Shown here in pieces: positions 28,611 through 40,014 of a DNA stretch of 64,000 bases (position 1 is its first letter; each line of letters opens with the position of its first letter). Origin of the DNA: Candidatus Sumerlaeia bacterium (lineage in GTDB: Bacteria; Sumerlaeota; Sumerlaeia; SLMS01; JANRJK01); contig JANRJK010000023.1 in assembly GCA_033764015.1 (NCBI GenBank), positions 64,001-128,000 on the forward strand, written 5' to 3'. Both the position numbers and the translations under genes were made by a program. The notes under the pieces were generated by a model. It saw only the letters and a list, made by a program, of their open reading frames with translations. It ran no database searches and was not told the DNA's origin.

Positions 28611-29078
28611 GTGTTCTTCTTGGCCAACTTCTCCTTCCTCGAGCCCGGCGTGCTCGCCGGCAGCGGCCTTCCCGGCCTCTACGGCTCCGTCGAGGACGAC
28701 CTCTCCTTCGCCCGCGCGCAGGGCATCCGCGCCGTCGTTTCCCTCACCGAAAGCCCCCTCGACGAGGAGACCGTCTCCGCGGCGCGGCTCGACTACCTCC
28801 ACATCCCCGTCGTGGACCGGACGGCGCCCTCGGTCGAGCAGATCCAGCAGTTCATCGTGTTCGTCCAGCAGCGGCAGGCGGAGGGGAAGCCGGTGCTGGT
28901 GCACTGCCTCGCGGGCATCGGCCGCACCGGGACCATGCTGGCGGCGTGGCTGATCTCGAAGGGCCTCGCGGCGGACGAGGCGATCCGCACCGTCCGCGAG
29001 GCGCGCCCCCCCAGCATCGAGACGACGTCGCAGGTGGTCGCGCTCCGCCAGTACGAGGCGACCTTCCGCGCGCCCTAG
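28611..29078 (+). CDS. Dual-specificity protein phosphatase (DUSP23-like)
   Basis: NFSFL..LAGSGLP, P-loop HCLAGIGRT and RPPSIET; GTG start inferred. Confidence 0.9.
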   Translation: MFFLANFSFLEPGVLAGSGLPGLYGSVEDDLSFARAQGIRAVVSLTESPLDEETVSAARLDYLHIPVVDRTAPSVEQIQQFIVFVQQRQAEGKPVLVHCLAGIGRTGTMLAAWLISKGLAADEAIRTVREARPPSIETTSQVVALRQYEATFRAP

Positions 29079-30877
29079 TCGATCTCGCTCTCGTTGAAGT
29101 TCAGGCGCTTGAGCACGATCAGCGTGAAGTCGTCGAACTGGTCCGCGGTCCCCCGGTGCCGGATGCACGTCTGGTAGATCGCGTTCCGGATCTCCTCCGC
29201 GGAGAGGTGCTGCTTGTCGCGCACCAGCTCGTAGAAGCGCTCGTTGCCGAACGCCTCGCCTTCCGGCGAAAGGATGTCCGTCACGCCGTCGGTGTAGAGC
29301 ACCACCACGCCGCCGGGGGGGATCACCTCGCTGTCGGACTGGAACTCGACGTCGTCCATGATGCCGAGGAACACGCCGCCCGCGCGCAGGAACTTCATCT
29401 CGCCGTTCGGCAGCAGCAGGATCGGGAACGCGTGCCCGGCGTTCACGAACTCGAAGTGCCCCTCCACCGGGTCCAGGTAGAGCGCCACCATCGTGACGTA
29501 CATCGAGCCGCCGGCGACGTCCCGCAGCACCATGCGGTTGATGCGCGACATCGTCTGCAGGATCGATATCTCCGGATGCTGCGTCTCCGACTGAAGGTAG
29601 GAGCGCGTCGTCGCGGTCAGGATCGCCGCGGACACGCCCTTGCCCGAGACGTCCGCGATGGCGAGGCAGAGGCGCCCGTCCGGCAGGTGCAGGAAGTCGT
29701 AGTAGTCCCCTCCCACCTGCTTCGCGGGGAGCGACATCGCGCTGAGCTGGTACCCGGGGATGTCCGGGTAGGTCTTCGGCAGCAGGTTCATCTGGATGTT
29801 GCGCGCGATTTCCATCTCGCGGGCGACCTTGTGCTGCTCGACAAGCTGCGAGTGGAGCCGCGCGTTCACGATCGCGACCGCGGCCTGGTTCGCGATCGAC
29901 GTCAGCAGCTCCAGCTCCTCGTTCGTGAACGCCATCGCGCGCGACTGCGTGTCGATGTACACCACGCCGAGCGCTTCGTTCTTGTACAGGATCGGCGCCA
30001 CCATCGCCGTGCGGATCCGGTTCATGATCACGGACTCGGAGGCGCTGAAGCGCATGTCCGCCGCCGCGTCCGACACCAGCAGCGAGATCCCCTCGTTCAC
30101 CGCGCGCTGCGTGATCGACTTGCTGATGTGCACGTCGCGCGTGTCGCCGGACTGCGTGTCCATGGACTTCACGACGACCGGCTCCAGCTCGCCGGTAGCC
30201 GGGTTGTTGAGCAGGATGTAGCCGCGGTCCGGATGGAGCATCGACTGGATGATCTCCATGATCCGGTTCAGCAGCTCCTCGAGCGTGAACACGGAGCGCA
30301 CCGCGTCTGTGACCTTGTACATGACCTCCAGCCGGCGGTTGAGCTCGTGCATCTCCTCCGCGGTGGCGCCGCGGAGCGGCGCGGAGATCATCGTGCCCTG
30401 GGTGGGGTCGAAGCCGGCGCGGACGGAGTTGCGCGCGCGGCCCCACTGCTGCTCCTCGACGACCCGGAAGCCGCTGCTCGAGCTGCTCGAGGGCGAGCTG
30501 CTCTCGAGGCCGTGGCCCGTCGAGTCGGAGCCGGTCGCGCCGCTCGCGTCGGTCCCGTCGCGGCGCTTCGGCGGCGCCCCCGGGACGCCGTCGGCCATGT
30601 AGACCAGGTCCGTGTCGCCGAAGGAGATGCGGTCGTTCTGCCGCAGCTCGACCATGCCGATCACAGGCTCGCCGTTCACCAGCGTGCCGTTCTTCGAGCC
30701 GAGGTCCTTCAGCAGGATGCGCGCGCCGTTCTGGTGCAGTTCCGCGTGGTTGCGGGACATGCGCCGGTCGACGATCTGGATGTGGTTGGTGACGCTTCGG
30801 CCCACGGTGGCGACGGGCTGGTCCAGTTCGTAAACCCGTCCCTTGTCCGGGCCGTTCTCGACGATGAGGCGGTGCAT
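29075..30877 (-). CDS. FHA-GAF-SpoIIE (PP2C) phosphatase
   Basis: FHA motifs VGRS, SRNHA and DLGSKNGT; GAF region; VGGDYYD, DVSGKG, YTDGV and DDFT. Confidence 0.92.
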   Translation of the reverse strand: MHRLIVENGPDKGRVYELDQPVATVGRSVTNHIQIVDRRMSRNHAELHQNGARILLKDLGSKNGTLVNGEPVIGMVELRQNDRISFGDTDLVYMADGVPGAPPKRRDGTDASGATGSDSTGHGLESSSPSSSSSSGFRVVEEQQWGRARNSVRAGFDPTQGTMISAPLRGATAEEMHELNRRLEVMYKVTDAVRSVFTLEELLNRIMEIIQSMLHPDRGYILLNNPATGELEPVVVKSMDTQSGDTRDVHISKSITQRAVNEGISLLVSDAAADMRFSASESVIMNRIRTAMVAPILYKNEALGVVYIDTQSRAMAFTNEELELLTSIANQAAVAIVNARLHSQLVEQHKVAREMEIARNIQMNLLPKTYPDIPGYQLSAMSLPAKQVGGDYYDFLHLPDGRLCLAIADVSGKGVSAAILTATTRSYLQSETQHPEISILQTMSRINRMVLRDVAGGSMYVTMVALYLDPVEGHFEFVNAGHAFPILLLPNGEMKFLRAGGVFLGIMDDVEFQSDSEVIPPGGVVVLYTDGVTDILSPEGEAFGNERFYELVRDKQHLSAEEIRNAIYQTCIRHRGTADQFDDFTLIVLKRLNFNESEID

Positions 30878-31189
30878 GGGGGCGTGTCCGGGCGTGCGGC
30901 TCCGCTGCCGTGGATGATGCGGATCGACTCGATCAGGAAGAGTTTTCCGTGCCCGGTACCGGCGCAATCCCGGAATCCCCGCCCGGGCAAATCCGACTTG
31001 ACCGGTCCGGTCCCCGGAAGTGTTTAGTAAATTGAACGATAGCGCGGCCCCCGGCGGCTCCCCGCCCCCAAGACCGCCAACGCTCCCAACCACACACCGC
31101 ACGGTTCGTTTCTTGTTTGCGGAACCGTCGCGGGCGATTTAGTAAAGCGCTTGACGCGCCAAGCCCCGAACGGAGCAACACCCGTGAGC

Positions 31190-32341
31190 ATGACCGCCCC
31201 CGAACTCGAAACCTCCAGCGCCGAGGAGCGCACCCTGCGCGAATCGGTCCGCGAGTTCGCCCTCGAGGAGATCCTTCCCCGCGTCCGGGAGCTCGAGCAC
31301 GCCAAGCGCCTCCCCCCGGAGCTGTTCCGCAAGCTCGGCGAAATGGGCCTCCTCGCCATGATCTACCCGGAAGCCTACGGCGGCGCCGGCATGGACTACC
31401 GCCTGATGGCGGCGTCGATCGAGGAGCTGGCCCGCGTCTGCCCCGGCGCCGCGCTCTCCGTCGCCGCCACCAACTCGCTCGCCGCCGGCCAGATCTTCCT
31501 CTTCGGCACCGAGGAGCAGCGGCTCCGCTGGATGCCCGGCATCGCCAGCGGCGCCAAGACCGCCTCCTGGGGCCTCACGGAGCCCGACGCGGGCAGCGAC
31601 TCCTTCCGCCTCGCCTCGCGCGCCGAACGCGCCCCCGGCGGCTGGATCCTCAACGGCCGCAAGTCACTCATCACGCACGCCTCCTTCTGCGACCTCGCCG
31701 TCGTCATGGCCATGACCGACGCCGGCTCCGGCCGCGACGGCATCACCGCCTTCGTCGTCGAACGCGGCATGAAGGGCTTCGAGTCCGGCAAGACCGAGGA
31801 GAAGCTCGGCATGTGCGCCAGCGACACCGGCGACCTGGTCTTCCGCGACTGCTTCGTGCCGGACGCGAACGTCGTGGGCGCTCCGGGCATGGGCGGGCGC
31901 CACGCGCTCGGCGTCCTCGACGGCGGGCGCATCGGCATCGCCGCGCTCGCGGTGGGCCTCGCGCAGGGCGCCATGGACGCCTCCATCGCCTACGCGCACC
32001 AGCGCGAGCAGTTCGGGCGCCCCATCGCGCAGTTCCAGGCGATCCAGTTCAAGATCGCCGACATGGCGACCAAGATCCACGCCGCGCGCCTCATGGTCGA
32101 GCGCGCCGCCGCCGTGAAGGAGTCCACCGGCAAGTCCGGCCACGACGGCTCCATGGCCAAGCTCTTCGCCTCCGAAATCAGCGTGCAGGTCGCCGAGGAG
32201 GCCATCCAGATCCACGGCGGCTACGGCTACACCAAGGACTTCCTGGTCGAGAAGTACTGGCGCGACTCGAAGCTCCTCACGATCGGCGAGGGCACCAGCG
32301 AGGTGCAGCGCCTCATCATCGCGAAGCACATGCTGGCCTGA
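31190..32341 (+). CDS. Acyl-CoA dehydrogenase
   Basis: LTEPDAGSD, LNGRKSLIT, KLGM, GRIGIAA, REQFGRPI, QIHGGYGY and IGEGTSEVQR. Confidence 0.95.
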   Translation: MTAPELETSSAEERTLRESVREFALEEILPRVRELEHAKRLPPELFRKLGEMGLLAMIYPEAYGGAGMDYRLMAASIEELARVCPGAALSVAATNSLAAGQIFLFGTEEQRLRWMPGIASGAKTASWGLTEPDAGSDSFRLASRAERAPGGWILNGRKSLITHASFCDLAVVMAMTDAGSGRDGITAFVVERGMKGFESGKTEEKLGMCASDTGDLVFRDCFVPDANVVGAPGMGGRHALGVLDGGRIGIAALAVGLAQGAMDASIAYAHQREQFGRPIAQFQAIQFKIADMATKIHAARLMVERAAAVKESTGKSGHDGSMAKLFASEISVQVAEEAIQIHGGYGYTKDFLVEKYWRDSKLLTIGEGTSEVQRLIIAKHMLA

Positions 32342-32387
32342 CAGGGCCGTTGACACAGTCAAGATTCCAGACGGGAAACCGACGCAC

Positions 32388-33173
32388 ATGGGCATCAACA
32401 TCGTCTGCCTCGTGAAGGCCACGCTGCCGACGGAGGCGAAGATCGCGCTCGACGCGAAGGGCCGCGCCGCCGACGAGCGCGCCAAGCCGATCATCAACCC
32501 CTACGACGAGTTCGCCGTCGAGGAGGCGGTCAAGCTCCGCGAGTCCGGTGCCGCCGACAAGGCGACGCTGCTCTGCGTCGGCTCCGCGAAGGCCGCCCTC
32601 GAACCGATCCAGCGCGGCCTCGCCATGGGCGCCGACGACGCCATCCTCGTCGACACCGGCGACCGCCACCCGCTCGAACTCGACGGCGCCGCGACCGCCG
32701 CCGCCATCGCCGCGGTCCTCAAGACCATCCCCTTCGACCTGGTCCTCTGCGGCCGGGTCGCGGTCGACACTGGCGCGGCGGAGGTCCCCGGCCGCGTCGC
32801 CGAGCTCCTCGGTCTTCCGCTCGCCCAGGTCGTGAACAAGCTGGACGTCGCCCCCGGCCGCGCCACCGCGCACCGCGAGGCGGACGGACGGACGGAAGTG
32901 GTCGAGCTGGCCCTCCCCGCCATCGCCACCGCCGACAAGGGCCTCAACAAGCCGCGCTACCCGAACCTGCCCAGCATCATGAAGGCGAAGAAGAAGCCCG
33001 TCGACACCCGCCCCCTCGAGGCGGTCCTCGGCGGCGCTCCGCAGGCGACGCGCCGCGTCGTCGCGAACGAGCTCCCCCCCGGCAAGGGCCCCGTCCGCAT
33101 GGTCGCCGGCGCCCCGGCGGAAGCGGCCCGCGCCCTCGTCGGCGCGCTCCGCGACGAAGCGAAGGTCCTCTAA
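32388..33173 (+). CDS. etfB: Electron transfer flavoprotein subunit beta
   Basis: INPYDEFAVEEA, LAMGAD and PRYPNLPSIMKAKKK. Confidence 0.95.
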   Translation: MGINIVCLVKATLPTEAKIALDAKGRAADERAKPIINPYDEFAVEEAVKLRESGAADKATLLCVGSAKAALEPIQRGLAMGADDAILVDTGDRHPLELDGAATAAAIAAVLKTIPFDLVLCGRVAVDTGAAEVPGRVAELLGLPLAQVVNKLDVAPGRATAHREADGRTEVVELALPAIATADKGLNKPRYPNLPSIMKAKKKPVDTRPLEAVLGGAPQATRRVVANELPPGKGPVRMVAGAPAEAARALVGALRDEAKVL

Positions 33174-33207
33174 CCAGAACCCGAACGGATTCCCGAGAGA
33201 GCACACC

Positions 33208-34197
33208 ATGTCCCAACCCCGTCCCCTAGTCCTCGTCGCGGAGCAGTTCGACGGCGCGATCCGCAAGTCCTCGCTGCAGGCGCTCGCGGCCGCGCGCCGC
33301 CTCGCCCAGGCCACCGGCGCCCCGCTGCGCGTGCTCGCCATCGGCGCCGACGCCGCCTCCGCGGCGGCGCAGCTCGGCGCCCACGGCGTCGCCAGCGTCG
33401 AGTTCGTCCGCGCCGCGGACGGCGCCGCCCGCAACGCTTCCGCCATCGTGCCGGAACTCGCCAAGGCCATCGGCGCGGCGGAGCAGATCGTCCTCCTCGG
33501 CATGTCGGACCTGGCGGCGGACGTCGCGCCGCGGCTGGCGGCCCGCCTCGGCGGCGCCTACATCGCCGACGCGACCGCTATCGAGGTGGTGGACGGCGCG
33601 CCGCGCTTCCGCCGGCCCATCTACGCCGGAAAGGCCCTCGAACAGGTCGAGATCCTCGGCAAGGGCGCCGTCGCCACGCTCCGCGCCAACGCCTTCCCCA
33701 CGCCGGACTCCAACGGCGGCGGCGCCGCGCAGGTGGTCGAACTCGGCAGCGCCACCGGCGACGGCCTGAAGGCGGTCGTGAAGGACATCGTGAAGAAGTC
33801 GGGCCTCGACGCGGTCAGCCTCACGGAGGCCGACATCATCGTGAGCGGCGGCATCGGCGTCGGCGGGCCGGAGGGCTACGAGCCGCTCAAGAAGCTGTGC
33901 TCCGTGCTCGGCGCGGCGCTCGGCGCCTCCCGCGCGGCGGTCCACGCCGGCTGGATCGAGGAATCGCACCAGGTGGGCCAGACCGGCAAGACCGTGAGCC
34001 CGAACCTCTACATCGCGTGCGGCATCAGCGGCGCCATCCAGCACCAGGCCGGCATGCGCACCAGCCGCTGCATCGTCGCGGTCAACACGGACCCGTCGGC
34101 GCCGATCTTCCAACTGGCGCACTACGGCATCGTCGGCGATGTGAAGCAGGTGGTGCCGGAGCTGGCGCGCGAGTTCGAAGCGGCGCTGCGCCCGTAG
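33208..34197 (+). CDS. etfA: Electron transfer flavoprotein subunit alpha
   Basis: GASRAAV, QVGQTGK and GISGAIQH. Confidence 0.95.
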   Translation: MSQPRPLVLVAEQFDGAIRKSSLQALAAARRLAQATGAPLRVLAIGADAASAAAQLGAHGVASVEFVRAADGAARNASAIVPELAKAIGAAEQIVLLGMSDLAADVAPRLAARLGGAYIADATAIEVVDGAPRFRRPIYAGKALEQVEILGKGAVATLRANAFPTPDSNGGGAAQVVELGSATGDGLKAVVKDIVKKSGLDAVSLTEADIIVSGGIGVGGPEGYEPLKKLCSVLGAALGASRAAVHAGWIEESHQVGQTGKTVSPNLYIACGISGAIQHQAGMRTSRCIVAVNTDPSAPIFQLAHYGIVGDVKQVVPELAREFEAALRP

Positions 34198-34200
34198 CGG

Positions 34201-34603
34201 CTAGCGCGCCTGCGGCACGCCGAGGCGCTCCGCGAAGCTCGTGTACCCGACGGCGGTGGTGGTGGTGAGCCGCCCCGCCTCGTCGACCCAGTAGCGTCCG
34301 CCGTCGCCGGAGCGCGGCAGCCCGTCGAGCACCACGCGGAGCCGCTCCGGCGCGATGCGGCCCCCCTCCAGCGTGGCCGCCATGTAGGCCATCTCCGCCT
34401 GCCGCAGGTTCAGCGTGGCGACCGCGCTCCGCGCCCGGTCCACCGCGGTCTCCTGGAAGCTCTTCCCCGTCTCCGGCTGCGGCTCGAAGTACTCCTTCGA
34501 GAGGATCATCACGATCATCACGGCCATCAGGACGGAGAGGATGGTGAATCCCCGGCGCGGGCGTGCCGGGGATCCGTTCCAACGGTTGCGGAGGCCGCTC
34601 CGG

Positions 34604-34611
<8 letters not shown>
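34201..34611 (-). CDS. Small pilin-like protein with class III (prepilin) signal
   Basis: RRG|FTILSVLMAVMIVMIL; start overlaps the pckA stop (start position uncertain). Confidence 0.6.
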
Positions 34612-36193
<1,582 letters not shown>

Positions 36194-36388
36194 GGAGGAG
36201 GCTCCTATTTGCGACTTGAAGGATAGCTGACCTGCGGGTTCGCGGATAGCAACCGAATCCCCGGTAGCCGGCGCGCGCAGGTATGGATCGCGTGGCATGC
36301 GCCCGAACATAAAGGGCTTAACCTTCCCGCCGCGCCGGAGCAATGCCGTTCTGGGGCGCTGCGGCGCCCGCAAGCGCCGCACCGCCGC

Positions 36389-37954
36389 CTACCCCGCCGC
36401 CGACTCCCGCTCGACCACCTCCAGCCGGTGGATCCGCTGCAGCAGGAAGTTCGGAAGCCCGAACGCGAGGCTCGCCAGCAGCGCCGCGGAAACCCCCGTC
36501 GCCCCGGCCAACCCGATGCCCCCCGTCAACGAGGCCACGGCCCCCGCCGAGGCGACGGTCCCCACGATCAGCCGCCCGCGCCGCGGCACGAGGAGCGCGC
36601 ACAGCGCCAGGAACACGACGAGCGGCAGGGCGTGCTCGAAGAGGATCCGCACCACCTCCATCAAGGAGTCGAACCGCGTGAACCTCGGACCCCCCCCGGA
36701 TCGCCAACCGAAGTCCGAGCCGACGTAGTAGCTCAGCGCCGCCCCGGAGACGAAACCCGCCGAGAGCGGGAGGCCGTAGAGCGCCAGCGCCCGGCGGACC
36801 CAGCCCGCCGGCACGGGGAACGGCAGCCGTCCCGGGCTGCGCGACACGCGCAGGAACACGAGCACCGGGGCGATGAACGCGACCGCATGCGGGGCGGCGA
36901 CCAAGAACTTGCCGACAAGGGAGTCGCCGGCGCTTTCTCCCCACCCCATCGACCCCGACGGACCTCCTCGAAAGAACCGGCCCCAAGGCATCGCCGCGAA
37001 AAGAACGGCCACCGCCGCGAATGAATAGATCGCGGTCCCCGCGAAGGAACCCACGATCGCGCGGCGGGACCGGACCCATTCATCCGCGGTCGCCAGCCGG
37101 ACCTCCGCGCGGCCGATCCACGACTGCTGCCGCCAGCGGTCCTCGTCCGTGTTGCGGAAGATGAACAGCGGGGCGTGCTCGCGCAGCGCGAGGTAGGAGA
37201 GGGCTGCCAAAGCGGCTAGGAACGTCACCAAGAATGCCGCCGCCTCCAAGGTCCCGAAGCCGCCCCAACCGCGCCGCCAGCTTCCCTGGGCGTGGAAGCT
37301 GGCCCCGCAGGCCAGGAGGAGCAGGAGGATCGCGGCCCAGATCCACGTCAGCGCCACGGCGGCGAACCAATGCCACTCCCGGGTGAGCCGCTGCCAAAGG
37401 GTGCCGCGCAGCGCGACGACCGCGATCGAACCCGCGAGCAGCGGCACCGTGAGCGCCTTCGCGGCGATCGAATCGGGAGCCCAGTCCGCCCAGGCGGGGC
37501 GAGGCTCGATGGTCGTGATCGAGGCGGTCACGGAAGCGATGATCGCCGACTGCGCGAGCCAGGCGGCACCGCAGACCGCGAGCGGCCAGAAAACCGCCCC
37601 GAAGACCAGCGCCTCCTTCGGATACGGCAGGAGCTGGAACTCCTCTTCGCGCTGGCGGATCACGCCGAGGAAGCTCAATCCACCGGCGAGCAGCGGGAAC
37701 AGGATGAGCACCGTGCCGAAGGCGACCCCCTGCGCGAGCGCCAGCCCCGCCTCGACATTCATGATGGGAAAGCCGGCCAGACGCAGCGACCGTTGGACGG
37801 GCGGCATCAAGGGCACCGCCGGGAGCAGCGCAACCAGCAGGACCGCCAGCGCCAGAACCACCAGCGCAGCGCGCTCCGCCCAGCCCCGGCGCCAAGGCGC
37901 GCCGTAGCGGACCACCGGGTTGTCCAGCACCCACTCGCGGAACCAAGCCGCCAC
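36389..37954 (-). CDS. Multi-pass hypothetical membrane protein (ABC-2 permease-like)
   Basis: About 12 hydrophobic segments; N-terminal DNPVVRY motif; no catalytic motif recognised. Confidence 0.6.
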   Translation of the reverse strand: MAAWFREWVLDNPVVRYGAPWRRGWAERAALVVLALAVLLVALLPAVPLMPPVQRSLRLAGFPIMNVEAGLALAQGVAFGTVLILFPLLAGGLSFLGVIRQREEEFQLLPYPKEALVFGAVFWPLAVCGAAWLAQSAIIASVTASITTIEPRPAWADWAPDSIAAKALTVPLLAGSIAVVALRGTLWQRLTREWHWFAAVALTWIWAAILLLLLACGASFHAQGSWRRGWGGFGTLEAAAFLVTFLAALAALSYLALREHAPLFIFRNTDEDRWRQQSWIGRAEVRLATADEWVRSRRAIVGSFAGTAIYSFAAVAVLFAAMPWGRFFRGGPSGSMGWGESAGDSLVGKFLVAAPHAVAFIAPVLVFLRVSRSPGRLPFPVPAGWVRRALALYGLPLSAGFVSGAALSYYVGSDFGWRSGGGPRFTRFDSLMEVVRILFEHALPLVVFLALCALLVPRRGRLIVGTVASAGAVASLTGGIGLAGATGVSAALLASLAFGLPNFLLQRIHRLEVVERESAAG

Positions 37955-37976
37955 CGCCCCGCCCTCCCGCGCCCGG

Positions 37977-38978
37977 TCAGGTTCCCGCTGGTTTCGCTTT
38001 CATCCCCAGCAGCTCGCGCAGCCGGGCCCCCTCGTCGCCCCAAAGCTCCATCGGGTGCCCCTGCCACACCACCTTCCCGTCCGGGTCCGCGAGGAAGCCG
38101 TGCGGGATGCCGCGGATCTGGAGCTGCTGCATCATGGTGCCCTTCGAGTCCACGCCGATCGGCTGCTTCCAGCCCTGCTTCTTGACGAAGGTCTCGACCG
38201 TCTTCGTGTCCTCGTCGGAGACCGCGACGGTGACGAGGTGCGCGTCGAACTCGTGGTGCATCGATTCGGCGACCTTCAGCGTCGAGATGCACGGCCCGCA
38301 CCAGGTGGCCCAGAAGTCGTACAGGACGAACTTCCCGTTCCAATCCTCCCGGGGCGGCGCGGCGTTGATCCACTGCTCGACGGGGACCTCGGGCGCCTGC
38401 CGCCCGCGGATGTCCACGGCGCCGAGCTGCTCGGAAACGCCGCCGCCCCCCGCGGTCGGGAGGGACTCCGCGCGGCCCTCGGCCACCGCCTCCAGCGCCG
38501 CGCGCCACTCCGCCTCGCGCCCCGGCGCGAAGCCCGCCCCGCGGTAGCGCACCGCGCCCGCCGCGTCGAGCACCAGCACGCGCGGCACACCGCGCTCCGC
38601 CGCCGCCTGGAACATCGCGCTGTCCGGATCCGCCAGCACCGGGAACGTGAGGAGATGCGTCTTCGCCAGCGCTTCCGCCGACTCCTTCGTTGCGCCGGAG
38701 ACCACCGCGACGACGCGGACGCCCTTCTCCGCCAGCGGCGCGGCGATGTACTCCTGCACCGCCTGCAGCGCCGAGACGGAGCGCGGCGACGTCGACCCGG
38801 CGAACAGCACCAGCGTGGCCTTCTCGCCGAAGAACCCGGGCCCCGCGAGCCCCCGGTGCGCGTCGAGCGCCGCGTAGGGCTTGCCGATCTCCGCCTTCCA
38901 GCCGTCCTGCGCCGGATTCGGCCCCGCCGCCAGCAGCAGCAGCAGGGGAATCATCCATCGAAGTCCGCGTCGCGCCAT
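37977..38978 (-). CDS. Secreted tandem redoxin/TlpA-like thiol-disulfide oxidoreductase
   Basis: Signal peptide; two thioredoxin-like units; the second has DFWATWCGPC and GIPH. Confidence 0.85.
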   Translation of the reverse strand: MARRGLRWMIPLLLLLAAGPNPAQDGWKAEIGKPYAALDAHRGLAGPGFFGEKATLVLFAGSTSPRSVSALQAVQEYIAAPLAEKGVRVVAVVSGATKESAEALAKTHLLTFPVLADPDSAMFQAAAERGVPRVLVLDAAGAVRYRGAGFAPGREAEWRAALEAVAEGRAESLPTAGGGGVSEQLGAVDIRGRQAPEVPVEQWINAAPPREDWNGKFVLYDFWATWCGPCISTLKVAESMHHEFDAHLVTVAVSDEDTKTVETFVKKQGWKQPIGVDSKGTMMQQLQIRGIPHGFLADPDGKVVWQGHPMELWGDEGARLRELLGMKAKPAGT

Positions 38979-39117
38979 GTCAGTGCCCCGTGTGTGGTGG
39001 ATCGCCTTCAGGGCAACACGGACCGCGGCGACCCGCAACGGGATTGCGCCGCCGCGGTTGCGCCCTCCGCGGGGGGCTGGTCCGCTGATGCGACCCCCGC
39101 GCCGGAAGGCCGTCCCG

Positions 39118-40014
39118 ATGCTCAAGCTCCTCTGCTCCGCCAAGATCAACCTCACGCTGGATGTGCTCCGGCGCCGCGAGGACGGCTTCCACGAGATCGA
39201 CACGGTCTTCCAGAGCGTCGGCCTCTGCGACGAGCTCTGGGCGGAGCGCAAGACCTCCGGCGAAGACGAGCTGGTCGTGGACGGGGCCGAGTCCGCGGGC
39301 GTGCCGGCGGACGGCGCCAACCTCGCGCTGCGCGCCGTGGCCGCGTACCGCGAGCGGCTCGGCGGGGGGCGTCCGCTGCGTCTGAAGCTGACGAAGAACA
39401 TCCCCCACGGCGCGGGCCTCGGCGGCGGTAGCTCGAACGCCGCGGCGGCGCTCTTCGCCGCGCACCGCCTCTGGGCGTCCTCGCTTCCGCCGGAGGAGCT
39501 CGAGGCGCTGGCGGCGGCGATCGGCAGCGATTGCGCCTTCTTCCTGCGTGGCGGCGCCGCGCGCGGCACGGGGCGCGGCGAGCTGCTCGCGCGCCTCCCG
39601 CTGAAGCGCGCCGCCGGCGTGGTCCTCGCCGTGCCGCAGGATCGCGTCGCCACCGCCGGCGCCTACCGCGGCCTCGATCCGGAGCGCGACTTCGGCGCCC
39701 GCAGCGACGCGGAGCAGGCGGCCCGCTGGCTCGCCGGCGCGTCGGACGACCCCGGCGCCTGGCACAACGCCTTCGAGCGCAGCGTCTTCGATTCGCACCC
39801 CGCCTGCGGGGCACTGGCCTTCCGCCTCGGCGAGCTCGGCGCGCTGCGCGCCGGCCTCAGCGGCAGCGGCTCCGCCTGCTACGGCGTCTTCGCCGACTGG
39901 CCCGCGGCCCGGGCCGCCGCGGAATCCCTCGCCGGCGCCGCCCCCGTGGTCCGCGCCGTGCCCTTCATGGACCGGTCCCTCGTCGTGATGGAAGACGCGG
40001 AGGCGCGCCGCTAG
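39118..40014 (+). CDS. ispE: 4-diphosphocytidyl-2-C-methyl-D-erythritol kinase
   Basis: AKINLTLDV, KNIPHGAGLGGGSSNAA, IGSDCAFF and SGSGS. Confidence 0.95.
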   Translation: MLKLLCSAKINLTLDVLRRREDGFHEIDTVFQSVGLCDELWAERKTSGEDELVVDGAESAGVPADGANLALRAVAAYRERLGGGRPLRLKLTKNIPHGAGLGGGSSNAAAALFAAHRLWASSLPPEELEALAAAIGSDCAFFLRGGAARGTGRGELLARLPLKRAAGVVLAVPQDRVATAGAYRGLDPERDFGARSDAEQAARWLAGASDDPGAWHNAFERSVFDSHPACGALAFRLGELGALRAGLSGSGSACYGVFADWPAARAAAESLAGAAPVVRAVPFMDRSLVVMEDAEARR

